This document shows, one piece after another, positions 60,833-64,000 of a stretch of 64,000 nt of DNA. Position 1 is the first letter of the stretch, and each line of letters begins with the position of its first letter. Made by a program: the position numbers and the translations under genes. The DNA lies in contig CM102285.1 in assembly GCA_046563655.1 (NCBI GenBank), positions 1,178,001 to 1,242,000 on the forward strand. Reading direction: 5' to 3'. This stretch comes from Yuukianura sp. NJ FZ-2021 (lineage: Eukaryota). A model generated the notes under the pieces. It was not told the origin of the DNA. It made no database searches and was given only the letters and a program-made list of their open reading frames with translations.

Positions 60833-62103
60833 AAAAGTTGGTTTGACAATTACTGGATTGGCTTATGGAGTTTTCTTGTTGGAGATCAATTTTGATAGGA
60901 CCAGTAACTCCCAATCTCAACTAAAACAAAACATTTATAAATTTTTAAATATTTTGAAATAAAGTCATTCATAAAAACCAGCTCAATTGCTATGGCTACT
61001 TTACCATGTCTGTTGGAATTCCGAAAGCGTCTTCAACCATTCCGAGATGTGTAAACGCCAGTTAATCATAAAAACTTTTTCTTGACAATGTCACGCAATA
61101 ACTCGAGTTTTTAATTTTTTTGAACAAAATTTTAAAATAGAATTATTCACCATAAGTAAGGTAAGGTAAATTTAATTTTAGAATTGAAAGAGACGAGAGT
61201 AGTACTTCACCACTTTAAAATCTTCTGTTTTCAATAGTAACTACTCTTAATTTGCAAATTTGCAAAAGTTACACCATAAAATCTGCTAAACATTTTCTTT
61301 AAAAATTGGAAATTGAGGAGAAAAAAGTAAGAAAGTGGTGAAATAAGATCATGGAATTGTAACAACACGGGATTTTTCAAACTCGAGTCATTGACTAAAA
61401 CCTATTAGAGAAAATGTAACTCGTTGTCAATGAATTTTGGTAGATTTTAGTGAAAGCCACTGGAAGTACTTTACGTTGGGGCAACTTTATAGTGGATCAA
61501 TAAATTGAGACTACATAGAAGGCGGAGGCTGGACTTTCTAGAAGGGGGTCGATCAGCTGAGACTGCAGCATAGGCTATTGAACAAAATAGAATCATGTTT
61601 CCCCTTTACAAGTTTTTTTTGGTGGCGGAGACCCTTAAGGGACCCTTCGTGCAAGGATGGGGCTAGAAAGTACTGAAATTCGGTATTAGTACAGTAGGAC
61701 CTCTAATTCGGAAACTTTGATGGAACTGGGACGCTGTAAAATAAAGTTAACTTTTTTGGGCCTTAGAATAATTTTTTTTGTTTCAGTGTAGAGAAGTAGA
61801 AGGAAAATTTTAACCTCGTGCGATCGAAAGGCTATAAATTCAATTTCAAAGAAACTCCGGAAGCAAGCGGTGGCTATTTTGAAAGGATTTAATGGAATTT
61901 TTTTAAATTTAATTTAAAGTCCATGTTTAAATGTCGATGTTGTTGAAAGAAAATGGTATTGGAGTTGGTAGGTACAGAGCCTTGAGCGTCCATGGGGCGA
62001 AGCCCCAGCACACATGCGTAGCATTCTTGTAAATAATAAAACCTATTATTAGTACAACCGATTACTATTTAGATCAGTAATTACAAGCATGCTGCACATG
62101 CTT

Positions 62104-64000
62104 GCTGGAGCTTCGCCCCGGACTCGTACAATCTTCCTCAATTAACTTACAATAATATAAGTGTATTTTAATAAAAAGTGAAAAGACAATTTTTTTTGAA
62201 AAATACAAAAGAAGTTTTGCGTCCAGAAAACAAGTCAAACTTTCAACAAAAAAATACTTTCTTCGGCTCATTCATTTCATTACACGTTTCATTGTATAAC
62301 AATAAGGTTTACGCATGTTTTGAAAAAAAAAATGTTCCAAATTTTTGAATTATTTCAGGTCGGGCAGGGTCCGTCTTTTTCATTTCAACGCCTGTAGGTG
62401 GATTCAATAGAGAATGGAGTTTGGCTTGAGCTTGTCTTCAAACCGGATTGCTAGCCGAAACCTATGCAATCCAAAAATTTTTTGCTCAAGCCAACCCCAA
62501 GCCAACCAGAAAGTGAGAGGAAACCGAGCCAAACAGGAGAAAACTCGAGGTCTATTGAATCGGGTTATTCAATAGACTTTTGGAGTAAGCTAAAAGGTGG
62601 CCGAAACCAAGCTTTTTGCAATCCAGGTCCGGACCAGGCTTGGAACGGGTTTACCCATTACTTCGGCATTACTAATTACTAATTATCACTGTTTGGACTA
62701 CTGTCAGCGCCGTAATAAGTGGTCAGCGCAGTAGTCCGATAGATTACAAAGGTTGTAAAGTCTAACACCATACCCAACAACACTAATTGTGCAGTGATTG
62801 TGACATTAAAGTCATGGCGTGAGCTCCCAGTTCGGAATAGAGAAACACCCTAGTTTTATGCAGTGGAGGGAGTAACTATACTATTAAAATGAGATCTGCA
62901 TTAACCTAATCATGTTATTTGAACATTACGCTTAGATTTCTGCTAACAGTAAGTCGTTTTATGTCTTAAGCGTTCTCCGGGTATGCCAAATGATGTGGAC
63001 TCACCGGAGGCGCTGACCGGCTCTGACCATCCGGTGGTTCTTTAACTGATTCCCAGAATAAACATTTAACGTAATTGCCCTTAACAAACTTAACTGGTAT
63101 AATTGGGATGGAATGGAATGAAAGTTAATTAATAACTGGTAACATTCGTTATAATATAAGCAAATTCATACGAGGCGGGTACAATTAATCGAATCCATCA
63201 CATAAAGCAAGGAATAGGTCAGCGCCTTAGTGGTCAGTGCCTATTCCTTGTCTGAAAAGTTGAAAGTAGTGAGATGGGAACTAATTGACTTGATATGGAA
63301 TGTAAAAAAGTTATAAAGTTTAATTTTGTAAAAGTCAGCTGATTAGGTAAACACAATTTCAATTTGAAATTGCAATTCAAAATTTTTCCCGCCCCAACTT
63401 GCTTTTGTAAGGAAGTATAGGTTTGAGACGATCGGCTCAGTTTCAGCTTGGAAACCCAAACCGAGAGAAGCTGAACTCAAGTTTCCAATTGAATCCGAGC
63501 TTCAACTTCTGTTTAGCTTTGGGTTGGTTTTAGTTTTTCGAGGTTTGTGGTTGGTTTCGGTTTTTTCCCATTCTCTATTGAATCCCTCTCCTGAACTTTC
63601 AGTCACGGTTTTCTGCAACCAAAAAGCATGTAAGAAGATGTTGTGCTGCAGTTTCTGGAAACACTGTCGCCTGTGAGGGGAGATCCACTGCTTTTCAATA
63701 CGATTTGCTGCAAGATTTTTAAAAATTCGCTTGTACACTTACTTTTTGAGGATTCAAAAATTTGGAACATTTTTTTTTTCAAAACATGCGTAAACCTTAT
63801 TGTTATACAATGAAACGTGTAATGAAATGAATGAGCCGAAGAAAGTATTTTTTTGTTGAAAGTTTGACTTGTTTTCTGGACGCAAAACTTCTTTTGTATT
63901 TTTCAAAAAAAAAATTGTCTTTTCACTTTTTATTAAAATACACTTATATTATTGTAAGTTAATTGAGGAAGATTGTACGAGTCCGGGGCGAAGCTCCAGC
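62104..64000. repeat. Long inverted repeat (62104-62350 vs 63752-64000), running off the window; probable TE
   Basis: About 245 bp near-perfect reverse complement, ending in ...ggggcgaagctccagc at the window edge. Confidence 0.8.

Larger units (their letters stand above)
51391..61941. repeat. Tandem structure X-E-X-E-X-E-X (period ~3.15 kb); X = 51391-52500, 54541-55647, 57681-58791, 60833-61941
   Basis: Copies are near-identical by direct reading; visible differences are mostly homopolymer lengths. Confidence 0.95.

Overview
AT-rich eukaryotic (arthropod-like, plausibly springtail; inferred, not proven) DNA with short GT-AG introns. The window is dominated by a minus-strand lola-like BTB gene: four constant coding exons (48089-46746) ending in phase 1, then a ~36 kb 3' variable region. 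By manual count this holds ~44 two-exon C2HC+C2H2 zinc-finger cassettes, several orphan or broken cassettes, two single-exon ZF cassettes, two BED-finger and two BEN-domain cassettes. Main finding: a ~30-nt element just inside the intron after the last constant exon (46683-46712) is the reverse complement of a motif lying ~30-130 nt upstream of most cassette 3' splice sites, often with G-U-compatible substitutions. This is the layout of a Dscam-type docking-site/selector system for mutually exclusive choice of terminal exons. Also present: an F-box/LRR-like gene, a small two-exon hypothetical gene, two tandem microbial-type terpene synthases, a BTB-less partial paralog of the lola-like gene, an ORF1-only LINE-like element in three copies separated by four copies of 1.1 kb host DNA, a hAT-type MITE and other TE remnants. 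All calls come from reading the sequence by eye; no database searches were run.
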